DNA of 63,879 nucleotides, counting the filler, from Perkinsus chesapeaki ATCC PRA-425 (taxonomy: Eukaryota; Protista; Perkinsozoa): the NCBI GenBank assembly GCA_013115145.1. It is 11 parts of 11 records of this genome, joined end to end, with 100 filler letters (N's around TTAATTAATTAA, not from the genome) between each part and the next. Parts side by side here need not be neighbours in the genome. Positions count along the whole stretch, not along the records: positions 13,567 to 28,969 come from JAAPAO010000727.1; positions 29,070 to 34,597 come from JAAPAO010001153.1; positions 34,698 to 39,041 come from JAAPAO010001275.1; 8 more parts are not named here. One strand, written 5' to 3'. The notes beneath the pieces are model-generated. The model was not told where the DNA came from, did not search any database, and saw only the letters and a list, made by a program, of their open reading frames with translations. Both the position numbers and the translations under genes were made by a program. The stretch's first letter is position 1. Each line of letters opens with the position of its first letter. This document shows positions 26,781 to 39,141 of the stretch, one piece after another.

Positions 26781-26863
26781 AAATAGCTGGACACGAGTAA
26801 GACTGATATTGAAGGTGCCGAACGTTTATGAGACGACAACTTTTCTGAACTTATTTAATACAG

Positions 26864-26885
26864 AGTAATAGTATTACTGTAATAC
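26864..26885. repeat. 22-bp A/A'/A footprint (perfect), inferred target agtaatac
   Basis: a-gtaata-g-tattac-t-gtaata-c, followed by an overlapping aataca-c-tgtatt. Confidence 0.9.
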
Positions 26886-27299
26886 ACTGTATTCGAAATG
26901 ACTGGTCATAGAAACTCCGAGACGAAGACTCTCCCGCTGTACACCGAATCAGCTCTGAATAAGTAACTGATCACCACCGGTTCGTGATGTGACATTACTG
27001 ATGTCCCATCACTGATATGCCAAAACTCCAAATCTAGCGGACTGCGGAGCCCTAGTGAAGCTGTAAGTTACAGCCTGTAACAACTTTTCGCAACCGACGG
27101 TTCAATGTCAGAAGGCTGCCTTGGTTAAGCCCTAACAGTTCCTCAACGGATCATGATAGCCATATCTAAATCCGGGCATCAGTGAGGAGACAAAATAGAC
27201 TGGGAATCCCAGTCGGGAGTGGGAGCTTGGAACTCCTCGGAATATCTTCTTGTGAGAAATTGAGGCAGTGATCACATGCTCGTATAATATATGACATAT

Positions 27300-27321
27300 C
27301 TACGGTTACCGTATTACGGTA
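27300..27321. repeat. 22-bp A/A'/A footprint (1 mismatch)
   Basis: c-tacggt-t-accgta-t-tacggt-a; second centre expected g. Confidence 0.75.
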
Positions 27322-27559
27322 TATATACCGAGTTGGTAGTATCCAACTATCAAGTATTACCAACGCCGGTGAGAGCCAATTTGTGATAATAAACTAAACT
27401 GTAATTGCCTAGTAGAAATAAGCATGATTGACACACAAATAACATTCATCTTGGTGTATGAGATAAGTCAACTGGTTGAGTAAGCATGACCTGAGAAATG
27501 AGCACTTGTCGACCACGTTTTCGGCAAATCATTCTGGCTCTAACATATGAAGATGTTCC

Positions 27560-28200
27560 TGGAAATCCAAAATGTGAAAAAGTGAAAAAATGCGACCTGG
27601 AGGGCTTCGCATCACAGAACGTGATTCACGGAAACCAACAAGCGGAGACCTAATCGAAATTTGTCAGAGTTCGCTGTAGTAGAAATGAAAAACTTGCATA
27701 CAAAGCTTCGAGTAGAAAGTTTCTACTAGAAACTCCGCAATTATTGCCACGTATGCCCTGGAAGTTCCATGATGGAACTTCTTTACCTTTCCGCACGCCC
27801 TGCAGTGCCGTGCGGCGGCCGGGTGCCACCGTTTGCACGGGAACTTTGAAAATACTGAATCTAAGATTGCAATTTCCAATGCGTTGCATATTGTCGATGT
27901 CCAAATTAAGATAGTATGATATAGGCTATGTATGCATATCCACCCTTCCAATGGATAAAGCCTATCATTTCTGCTTTTCGGTGGTCAGCTGGCAGCAAAG
28001 CAATACCTGGTCGGTTGGCTAGCTCAATCATGGTACTAGTCGGTTGACAAATACCTTGGTAAAGGTTGCCGAAATGGAAGGAAGCATTTCTGGTGAACAT
28101 TCTCTCTGTTGTACTCACCCACTTGCCGGAGCAGGCTTGCGAATCGGATCTTTGACTATGTTTGATTGGGAATGATACGTGGTTGGATTTGATTCGATCA
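27560..28200 (-). CDS. Probable multi-exon gene of unknown function; frame ambiguous
   Basis: Run of canonical donor/acceptor pairs at short spacing. One reading gives ..DPIRKPAPASG|NASFHFGNLYQ|ANRPGIALLPADHRKAEMIGFIHWK..; no family recognised. Confidence 0.3.
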
Positions 28201-31044
28201 TAGTAACTAAGTACCAGCTTACAGCAACATCTACCAGGCAGTTGTGGACACCTCGTGAGAATACCACGCCTAACATACACTCACAATTTATGATCTAACG
28301 TTCATGAGTCATAAACGGTAGACCAGAGCTTGGCCAACGCATTACGTTGAGAGGAGTGTGCTACGGTTCATTGGCGCGATGTCTGAGTGTTCCTCGAAAT
28401 TTGAAAAGGAAGGAGGCAGATTCACTCTGCCAGAGTGAAGAAAACCATTCCTTCGAGCTCTCAGGCGTCATCATTCCATATTGTCACAGCATTTACGTTG
28501 TCCCGGTCCTCGATTGCCGATTTTCTTGGTACAAATACTGATTAACCGTCGATCATCGACGCGTCGGCCCAGCCGACGGTCGGAGGCCGACTCGGCCGCG
28601 TCTTTCGCCGAAAGGCGTTATACTCCAGCAGCAGACCTCACCGGTTGCAAGTGTTTCCGGCGGAAAATTTCCGCCCACCAGCTCCCACAAGTGGAGTGAT
28701 GGTGACGGTCACAATCACCAGGTGACCGAAGCTCTTGAAAGTTTCAAGTTGAAACAATGTAGGTGACTTGGTTGAATCAACAGATGATGGATGGGCATCG
28801 GTATGGGCCCGTAAATCGTAATACGGAATAGCACGGGCAGTACGGAGCACGTAGCTATACGATGTTATTTAAGCGTTGGAATGTGCTTGAATCAATTGCC
28901 AAATACCCAGAACCAACATAGTGTCCTCGCTGGGAATGGTCCATTGTGTTGAGAGTGTTGTTTGCGAATNNNNNNNNNNNNNNNNNNNNNNNNNNNNNNN
29001 NNNNNNNNNNNNNTTAATTAATTAANNNNNNNNNNNNNNNNNNNNNNNNNNNNNNNNNNNNNNNNNNNNTAGAGGTCCACGGTTCCTTCCATAACCCGTA
29101 AGCTTCCCGTGCGACTAATGTTGTTAATACAACTGTCGTGCCTCCACTACTACTATTAAGACCATCCATCCTTAGCTGTTAGGGGATGAAGTTCTGCATT
29201 TTCACGACCCAAGTGACGAAATTGCGCTGCAATCCAACTTGGCATCTCTCGAGTTTATCTGCACTACTTCTTCTTCCCCTATCCCCCTGGACAATGTTGG
29301 ACATTCAGGGATACTATCCCTATTAGGGGTTACAGGACTCAAGGGGGGGTCACAACTTTGTACGCGAGGTACCGGGCGCGAGTAATATCACGTGGTGTCT
29401 ATGCACTCTGACGAGGGAAGTCGTGGCCAAAAAACGGAACCGTTCCGTTCCGTCCGTTCCGCAGGAACGGCACAAATAATTTCACCTAGCTGATTAATGG
29501 TCTGAGCATTCGTACTTGCAAGTTGTCATTCCTGCTACAATTTTGCTTTGCATAACTGATATAGCAAGCAGAATGTACAGAGGTCTTCTGCACAGTGCAG
29601 ACTGCACTTCATAGCCGTCAGTGGTCACCCCTCGAAATTCAAGTTCCAAGAGACTGTTCCATCTACTACAAACGCACCCGAGATGATCGATTCAATCAAA
29701 CAAGAGCCACTCTTGACATGCTACAGGGTTCTATCACATTTCTCTATGTAACGATTTTTTGTTAAGCTATTACTCAAAGCCTAATTCGAATATCGCAATG
29801 ATTGATAAGGCATTAGAAAGAGCTCGCAGAGAGCTTCAAGCTGGTATCTTACTTCACTCGTAACTCTCACGCGCCAAAAAATTATTAAAGTATGGGCCCT
29901 TTTTTCGCATCACCCTGTAATTATATTATAATGACGTGGGTTTTGCCACCATAAGTTGCAGGCACATCCCCAGCAGCCATTTCCAGCACCTCCTGGCGGC
30001 CCTATTCGTACCTTCTTACCTCCTGCAGTGGAGGCTTGATGGTTATGGCGCCCCGAATATGGGCAATGAACAGGAATAGTTACTCGTTCTCGAAGTCCGC
30101 TTTACCAAGGTTGTTAACGACATTACACTCGCGCGTGCTGCCGTACTATTGGGTCTCCACTTGCTACATAAAAGTCGGTACGATATGGTATATTCGTTAG
30201 TAGCGAGAGTACTGAATCGTTACTTATTGTCAGTGATAGTAATGTATGTGCCTTGCATTGGTTCATATAGCATCATAGCACAACTAGTTGATTAGCTCTC
30301 TTTCTTCTTTTGTACTTTTGTAAGAGCCACCAGTGCCTTTCGTTATCACCGTATATCTTAGACTAAGATTCTTAGTGCGTATGTTCTCGATTATTTGGTA
30401 TCAAGTGGTAACAGTGTTACAACACCACTGGTCTTACTCACTCCAACTGCCCTCTGTCCTTGCCTTTTGTAAGCTACACCGATCTACCGATGCTTCTGAA
30501 ACGCACACGAATTTCAGCCAATCCTGGAATGTGGGGATCTCTAGACTTTCCTGTTTAGTATATAAAGGAATGTTTCACGATACGATACCTGGACAATCGA
30601 GAGGTCGAAAGAATAAGGATAGTCTATTCACCCGATTCACGATAGATTATTTGTTAGTTTCAGCTAGTGCTCATACTGGTGACTACTCCGAAAAATACAT
30701 GCTATCTACTTCTTTATATCACCAAGTTGGTGACATTAACGCGGCAGACAACTTGCTTGCCACCGTCGCCCACCATCGGAGGATTGTATACAATACCTGT
30801 AGCTCATTTGTACTTTGGGGAATGGACCGTAGACTTTCATTCTCTTAAATCCGCACACGACACGAACCGTTGAATCGTTGACACGACGTAAATGATTTGC
30901 TTTGGTACTCTCAACCAGAAGATCTCCCGGTCACGGCGATGTCGTGACACTACCAAACGGCGTGATTATGATCCTCCGAACTTAGTTTGTCACGACCGGG
31001 ATTTGGTACTACCAAACTTTCACATTTGACTCCGATTAGCCTAG

Positions 31045-31446
31045 ATGATGTTATTCAAGACCCTCAGGGCTGCTCTTCTTACTCCCTCCATTGCCGCGGT
31101 CAAGCACTACTGCATAGACCTCATCCCGTCCAAGGTTGTGAGGCAGTGTTTACAAGTTGACTGGCCGGTTCAACTGGAGAAGTCAATTGAAGTTCAGTTT
31201 AGTGTCTATTGTGACTTATTCGGATCAGAGAGTTGCCCCATCACTTTTGATCAGACTAGCTCGCAAGTGTTTGAAGTTTCGGACGAATCTATAGGAGAAT
31301 TCAATGACTACGTCAAAGATATCCAAGACATGTGTGCTGAAGTCATGTGTATCCGCGATGGGGACCTGAGTGAAGTACTCGAGATGGACAACGAATTGGA
31401 ACTACAATTCGATGGAACGAGAAGGCTTAAGCCTTGCTCGTGCTAG
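31045..31446 (+). CDS. Small intronless Cys-containing secreted-type protein, paralog A
   Basis: 133-aa ORF with hydrophobic N-terminus; about 77% identical (31 differences counted by hand) to the ORF at 33783-34184. Confidence 0.8.
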   Translation: MMLFKTLRAALLTPSIAAVKHYCIDLIPSKVVRQCLQVDWPVQLEKSIEVQFSVYCDLFGSESCPITFDQTSSQVFEVSDESIGEFNDYVKDIQDMCAEVMCIRDGDLSEVLEMDNELELQFDGTRRLKPCSC

Positions 31447-33782
31447 GTCTACTGGACTTCGGTGCTGCGAGTACTGTCTTATGATTCTTCTTTCCCTTTT
31501 TCTGTCGGTGCTGAGCTCGTCCTGATATACTTTCCAGAAGACAATAGTCTTGGGAGTTCTTCCCCGCTCAAGTAGAGCCTCTTCTGAGAAGGGTTCTGGA
31601 GCCAAGCCCCTTTTAACACGTACTATAGGGCAGCCCACTCTTTAGACAGCACACAGTGCAGTGAGTGGTATTCAGCTTCTACTTGTCTCTACTTTTAACT
31701 ACAGACTTACTCTTGCGTTAAACCAGTACCGGCGTAGATCCGGTTAATTACCTTGACACATGGCACATTACATGCAGAACGAATAAAAATTTTGCTCATC
31801 CGAGGGATAATTCAGTACTCGATGATTTGAAGAATAACTAGTAAATAACTCCGACTTGTCAGAGCTGAAGCTTGAAGTTGTAAAACTATAAACTTTTGTT
31901 TATTCCCGAACTTTGGTAACAGGCCTTGCGAATAGACGTCTCTGAAGAGAACAACTGCTCCCGCACAAAGAAAGAATACTGCCCCGGTGAGACGGCTTTG
32001 GATGCTCCAGTGAAAACAAGCCATCCAAGAAACTTCAATATATCAGCTAACTTGGATGCGCTTTCTCCATCCGCTTTCATCTGTACTTTAGAGATTTGTT
32101 GGTACGCTCAACTGGAAGCTCTCCTGGTTACGGTGGTCTAGGCATTAGGAGGCTCTCTGATACCACAGTGCACATCTTTCAATTACTTGACCTTGTAGCC
32201 CCATCTGCTGAGAGAGCATTCAAGTACAGAAGAGACTCGGCTTGGGTGTGTAGTTGTCCTTCCATGAGAAGCTACCAAGCATAAACGCAATACTACAGCT
32301 ATTCATGTTATCCGGCCGCAGTTGTCGCCTATAAATTTCATACCACCATGAGTAGTCCCGCAACAAGACGAATGGTCGTATGCTCCGGAGTGCCACAATC
32401 AGGTAGCGACGCAATCTTGCAGCATCATGAATAGTCCTAGAATTCTGTGTGAATGCGAGTACCAAGTAACTAGGACAGTAGCTAATGTGTAAACTGGCCA
32501 ACTTGGCTAAGCCTAATCCGAGACTTCAAGACAATCCTGGATCTTAGACTAGAGCCAAGAGAGTGATGCCTGGGCGCCATCGGCAAAGTCGCGCTCGATC
32601 CACAGGGACCGTGAAAACCGCCCTAGCTTATTGAACCGTAATCGTGGCCTTGTAGCAACACAGCGAATTAAGACTCATGCAATTGTCATCGGTTGGTTAA
32701 TTTGAGGTGTTATAGCAGTCAGTTCTATTGAATATTGATGGATCATTTTTGTATTCATAGCCAGTATCGGCGCATGCTAGCAGACTCATTGATGGTATCG
32801 TATGACTGCAATTACATTAGTGTATACAACACCATCGCACAACAATTTGATTAGCTTTATACACTGGAGTCACTGGTGCTATCCCTTCAGCAGCACTCGA
32901 TTCCTAGTGTGTATGTTCGTGCTCTCTAGTATCAAACGGTTTGTGCTAAAAGTTCTATTACAACATCTAACTTAGAACACCACTGGACCCGAGCGACTAT
33001 AGTTATTCACTTCATCGCCTTCCTACCTGACCTTTTCTAAGTTCCCCGCCGATCTCTTTGTCATTAACGGGCATATCGAAAAATCATATTGACCACGAGA
33101 AGTAGAACTTCTATACTCGATCGTGACCTTTGTACGGTAGTTCTCGAATGACAGTACTGGTGAAGAATAAGCGGACGATCTCATATGGATTATCCGTTGC
33201 GGTGATGTGTTCGGTAAAAAGCGGATCTGATAGATAGGCATTTCACGAATCAAACAGGCCGTTAGTAAACGGGAGACGACTGCATCTGTCACCAAGATAT
33301 GGTGACCGAATCCGCGCTAAGCTCTTGGCAGCTCCAAGCACATATCTGTTCGGATCTGCCATCTGTATGCCCAACTCAGCCTCCGAGCTTTTCTCAGCCT
33401 CAAGGTGCCTCCTGTGTCGGATATACTACTAGCTCTTCTCCATTGATACATTGCTTCAGGTAGTTCGTTCAAAAGAGTTGTACGTGCCTACCCTGTCTCC
33501 GTTCGTCACCGTCGAGAATGAGTGAGCACACAAAATACCAGTATATTATCCACACTTATGACTCCTAACTTGAAATAATATCTCGTAGGAGCTCATTAAC
33601 CCATATCTATCACACTCCCGACTTTCAGCTTTATGGAGGACTGTTGGCAGGTCATCACTGATGACTCATTAGTGTCCTTTGTTGAGATATTGGAGCAGAA
33701 CTTCCGCTGCGGAAGCTGTCTCTGTCACCGTGACACGTTAAAACTACCAAATTTTCCCAGTTGATTTCGAGCTTAGTAGTTG

Positions 33783-34184
33783 ATGTTTTTCGAGACCCTC
33801 AAGGCAGCTCTACTAATTCCCTCTCTTGCCGGGGCCAAGCGCTACTGCTTAGATCTCATCCCGTCTTTGATGGTGAGGCAGTGTTTACAAGTTGACTGGC
33901 CGGTTCAACTCGAGAAGTCAATTGAAGTTCAGTTTAGTGTCTATTGTGACATCTTTGGATCAGCGAGTGACCCCATCACTTTCGATCAGACTAGCCCGCG
34001 AGTGTTTGAAGTTTCGGACGAATCTAGAGGAGAATTCAACGACTATGTCCAAGATATCCAAGGAATATGTGCTGGAATCATGCGAATCCGCGATGGGGAC
34101 TTGAGTGAAGTTGTCGAGATTGATAACGAATTGATATTAAAATGGGGAGGAGCGAGAAGGCTTAAGCCTTGTTCACGCTACTAA
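33783..34184 (+). CDS. Small intronless Cys-containing secreted-type protein, paralog B
   Basis: ATG at 33783. Shares VRQCLQVDWPVQLEKSIEVQFSVYCD and five Cys with paralog A, and both frames are intact despite divergence. Confidence 0.8.
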   Translation: MFFETLKAALLIPSLAGAKRYCLDLIPSLMVRQCLQVDWPVQLEKSIEVQFSVYCDIFGSASDPITFDQTSPRVFEVSDESRGEFNDYVQDIQGICAGIMRIRDGDLSEVVEIDNELILKWGGARRLKPCSRY

Positions 34185-35807
34185 TTTTGGATCCCGACCA
34201 TACCATTCAGTTCTGGGTTACCGTACTGCGGACACTATCTCATGTTCTCGTGCTGGTTCTGTGTGGATGCTGTTCTTGTTTTGATCTACAATCGATATGA
34301 ATCCTATCCATCGTCCACTTATCTCTACTCTCAACTGAAGGTTCACTCTTGCGTTAACTCAGTAACGGAAAAGAGGGATCATTCGCTATTCGGTTGATTG
34401 AAGAATAACTAGCAAACAATGTTCAATATTCCAAGGCTAACAACTTGAATTGGTAAGCGCTGTTTCCGCGTACTTATACACTCAACCTGAGTGACCAAGT
34501 TGCAAGCCCGCAGCTTGCAGCATTAGTGCGGCCCAGTCTACAAAACCAAACAAACCACGCTTTCCCTCTCACCAATAGTTCTGCTCAAGGAAATTTCNNN
34601 NNNNNNNNNNNNNNNNNNNNNNNNNNNNNNNNNNNNNNNNNTTAATTAATTAANNNNNNNNNNNNNNNNNNNNNNNNNNNNNNNNNNNNNNNNNNNNGGG
34701 TAATTCCTTTTTTCCAGGTCAATGGGTTGTACTACAGGGCGGCAATCTCGCCTGCCCGAGCGGTTTCAGATTTGCTTTTGTAGGGCCAAATTCAGGGCAT
34801 TTCTAAAATTAGGGAATGTCCTAGTGCTCAAGATTCCGAGGGTTTATTCGATATTCGCAATTCCGTCGGGCCCCGTGGCCCGGGCCGGGAGTCCTTCAAC
34901 TTGATTACGATCCCGAGGATAACCTTCAGTCTACTTGTTACACTAGACGAACTACGCAGCGGCAACACCCCCGCTGCCATCCTCAGTTATTCCGAAATAA
35001 GGTCGACCGAAATATTCGCCTTAACGTCTGTCGTGCCTTCTCAGGTGTCTATAATCGTTAGGTTTCCCCTTTCTTGTCTTGTGATTCTTTCATCGGGCTT
35101 TGCGTCTTTTGCTGTTCAACAACTTATTTTGCACTCTTCATGAGGCAGGTTGACGTCTTCAAGACTCACGTCTCATACTGTATTACGGTCATCTTTTCCT
35201 TACAAACTACAAATCAAAGGATTACAACCTGCATGCGTCGGGCTCGTGATTCTCGATATTCCAATTTACCTAGGCTTCATCTCTGTTAGCCACTCATACT
35301 GCTGTAGGGAAACGGCTTCTACGCAGCACATTCCCGGTTTCATCGGGTTTTACGCTCATTTTCCCCTGTAATTCAATTCCACTCAACTCGTTTCTTTTCG
35401 GTTAGTTGCTTCATCCACAATCATTTATGACTTCCCTCCGTCGTGTTCACCAAGCTCTACTTTTTTCCTCATTCGTCTACATTGTGCAATGCAGCAGTAT
35501 ACACAACTTCACAACCTTCCAACTCTTTACCCGAAAGGTGATACGGATGGTGCATTGGGAGGTGTTTCAACTTGAAGTACTCACCGCGTCTCGGCCCCAG
35601 GTCCCTCTGAGCCCTCTAGCGACTCAATGTCTCCTCCAGCCGGCACCATTTTAGTACTCAAGGGTTTTAAGTGCCCAGTCAAATCCTTAGTCTCTGTCCT
35701 TCAGTTACGTCCTGATGATCCTTCAGTTGTGGCTCCGTGGGGTAATTTATTATGTTTTTCTAAATTATCCATACCTATTTCCTGCTTTACGATAGAACCT
35801 CTCTAAA

Positions 35808-38800
35808 ATGCAAAGTAGCCTCGTCTTACGTATTACTGCCAAGCCGTCGGTCTATGTCAGATTACTAGTGGATACTCTCCTGCAGACCTTCCGTTTCTTT
35901 TGCAGATGCCTGACAGTAATAAGACTACCTACAATCCTGGAATTACGATCAACGTTCTACCTGGCGCTTCCGCAAAAGAATTCTGGCCCACCACACTCAA
36001 AGATCAACTGCAGTCTCTGACACAATGTTTACTGGGACATTACGATCAGAGCAGGCCATCTAGTCGAAATGTCTGGCGGGTTTACAAGTGCATGTCACAT
36101 GCAGATTGTCCATATAAAGTAAGAAGGGTGGTATAGTATTATGCGGCAATCTACATGTGATATTACGATATACACAACATGTATTTATCATTTAAAATGA
36201 TTAAGCCGAATCGCAATGAAAACCTAGTTTCAAGTTCAAATTTCGAACTACCAATGCCGATATTAGCCATACGTACGACTGTAGTGCTTTTTTCACCAGG
36301 TAAAAATTGAATTCCGTCCTCCATCCTCGGGGTTGGTGTCCTTCTCGACAGCTAATCATTCAACTGAGCCTGCTAAAACTGCGGGGGGTAAGACCCGGCT
36401 TCCCTTCCAAGTATACCAAACCTTAGCTGATAACATAAAGTCCAAGACACCGTCTCAGACGTTTTCTAAGGTGAGCTTGGGTAATAGTCTCCAGCCCCTC
36501 GGTTGATTACTCATTTACTGAGTCGGTAATACCGACACCACCGGTTGTAACGCAATCGCTTACAACAAACACATTTCTCGTACGTACACAAATCAAAATA
36601 TTTCTTTCAACTTATGCTAATTATGAATCAAATTCACATTTTTATCTCAAAGATTTCCCTTTACCGCTCATTCGTAATCACACAATTGGGAGTTGTCTAG
36701 TCATCATTGCATAGGTGCTGTCAATTGTTGATAGCACGTGGCAAGTTACCACGTCACGTGGCCCACGTGCTATGCGGGGTCGTAGCATTCTGTGGGTTGG
36801 CAGACCAAGCTTCAAGATTGTCTTCTTCTCAGATTAAAGAAACTTTAAAGGGCGATTTCACATCTTACGCAAGACTTATCGGTGGAGCTGAATTAGAACC
36901 TGGCACTTCTCGTGCCGTAGTCAACGAGTCCACAGATCAGAATGAGGCCGACGGCATCTCCATACTCAAAAAAGTCCTCGTCAATAAGCGAAAACGCGTC
37001 AGGGAGGCCTCCGTTACTCAGTGTGCGACCATTGCCTCCGTACTTGAGGAGCTCTATAGCCAGGGTTTCATTGATGCTACCGATGATGCTCTCATAGGCC
37101 ATGTCGGCCAAGAGCTGCACAATTGCAGTGTTCTTACTCGCCACCAACGCCTTCCTGGAAGCGGTCTCTATGTCTTGGGGTATGGTGCGGTTAGTGTTGG
37201 TCGCGGACCAAAGGCCAGAGATATTCCGGTTGTAGCTGTCTGCAACCGGACAGCTCTCGTTAATGTGTACAATGTAACGGATCCATATCGGTGTCCGCTT
37301 CTTCCCAATAATAACCGCGATAGGTGGGGATACTGTTTAGCTCTGGATGGCCACTGTAGAACCGCACGCGGTTGCACCACACTAATAACTGCTGGTTGCA
37401 CAACCATTACTCTGCAACCTAACAAGCGCTACGGCTGGTCCTTCTGTCCCTTTGTCACTTCGTTTTCTGTCGGTGAGTCAGCTGACACGACTTCGCTCGC
37501 TCTCGGTCAAATCAGTCGTCTTGCTCGTTTATTTCACGGCGCAAGTTTTCTCCGCCCTGCGCGGGGTATCAGCGATAGCGCTTTGGGGCTTGTAAAAGCG
37601 GTGAGGGATACCTGGGAGGGGACTAATATCGAACACAACAGGTGTTGCTGGCATGCTGTCGAGGCATCCAAAAAATTGGCATCGGTGGTCCAAAACTCGA
37701 AAGAAGACTTCAGGCGGTTTGTCTCTAGATATTTACCCCGTTTATACGAGTGTAGCGGGCCGAAGATTTATGATGGCTATGTGCGATTAGTTCTTGATGA
37801 GTTGGAGAGATTGCACGGCAAGCCCATTCGCGACTCGCTCGAGTTATCTTGGGTTACGCATGCTAAAGATATGGGAAGCTTCCACTGTGCCTGTCCTTTG
37901 GCTCTGGCTCTGGATATCATACGCTGCGAGCTTCTTGGAAGGGGAGCCCAACCAGTAGTTTTGTGGGGCGGAGGCCCCAGTTTTGACAATATTTGTGAGT
38001 CGTATTATTCAAGGCTGGCTGCCTTCACAGCGAAGTCTTCCGAAACTACCAAGTCCCGGTCAGCTCAGCTGGGGGGCCAAGACGGCCTGATAGGACGAGT
38101 GCGATCATTTCTTCAATCACATGGAGAAATGTCACGCTCGGCGAGTGTTGACTACGACAGTAAGGGCTGTCTCCGACTTCCTCTCGAAGGGATGTTCCGG
38201 AAAGCTAGAGAGCGAGTGGCTAAGACAAACGATGACATTATCTTCGAAGAAGTTTCCCTTGACGTCCTCGGACCGGAACTCTCCTCCATCCCTCTCCGCA
38301 TAGCTTGCATTCCCAGCTCGCGGCGTGGACCCCTGCAACCAGGAGAGGCAACAGCCCGTGTTCTGGCATCTTTAAATGGCGTGCGCAACTCCGAAGAGGC
38401 GCTATCTTTGGAAGCGTATGAGTCTAAATTGTTGCAAATACACTTGGTGGTTGGAGTCTCTCTGCCTGGCCGTACTTTATTGTGCAGCTGTCGAGGATTT
38501 GGGTCGCTAGGTCAATGTCACCATATTCTTATTGCTTCCATGTACAAAATGGGGCCGGCATTCGCTCCCGGCCCTGCGACTGGAGCGGCAGCGAGTAGAA
38601 CCTCCAATGGACAGTCCCACATCTCGTCACCTGTGTCCGGCATGCAAGTGGGTGGCAGCAGCAGCAACAGCAATAGCTCCAGCAGGCCTTACGGGCAACC
38701 ATGCACGTTCACTTCGTCTTCCTCTCGTTCGAACTCCGGTGGGATTTGCATTGATGGCCTGAGCAGTGATGTGGCTACGGAGCGAACTCTAAGAGCGATT

Positions 38801-38977
38801 GATACTATGTGTACCGAATTTCCATATGTGGCTTGGGCCGGTAGACCTACAAGAAACAATAATCCCCTCCAGCGCCATGACACAGACGTCAGAGCGCAAA
38901 GAATGTGGGATGGAGAATCGAACGTGTTGCCGGCGCAGAGGACCACGGGGGGTAGGTATATAGGGAATTTGATCTAG
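35808..38977 (+). mobile_element. Mutator-like (MULE) transposase 1 with SWIM zinc finger, frame apparently intact
   Basis: Exon ending RVYKCMSHADCPYK, then a phase-0 intron 36119-36832, then a long ORF with ALDGH (D), ISDSALGLVKAV (D), RCCWH, NICESYYSRL (E) and SWIM CSCRGFGSLGQCHH. TIRs not identified. Confidence 0.8.
36748..36769. repeat. 22-bp A/A'/A footprint (1 mismatch), in MULE-1 intron
   Basis: a-ccacgt-c-acgtgg-c-ccacgt-g; perfect if the first base was g. Confidence 0.75.
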
Positions 38978-39141
38978 AAACGAAGCGTTGTTCACTACGA
39001 CGGTTCATCATCTATGTTTTTAGGTGTAGAGGAGTTGAAACNNNNNNNNNNNNNNNNNNNNNNNNNNNNNNNNNNNNNNNNNNNNTTAATTAATTAANNN
39101 NNNNNNNNNNNNNNNNNNNNNNNNNNNNNNNNNNNNNNNNN

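Noticed and set aside
27740-27870. PCKRWHPAAARHCRACGK, resembling a DHHC palmitoyltransferase Cys-rich domain
   Set aside because: No DHHC tetrapeptide in any splice or frame combination, and the reading frame is ambiguous.
32155-32165. TGGTATCAGAG (minus strand), resembling a tRNA-iMet primer-binding site
   Set aside because: No LTR pair or gag/pol ORF follows; an 11-mer match alone is insufficient.
36707-36832. TTG start of the 756-aa ORF
   Set aside because: Lies inside the predicted 36119-36832 intron; the upstream Cys/His exon splices in frame at 36833.
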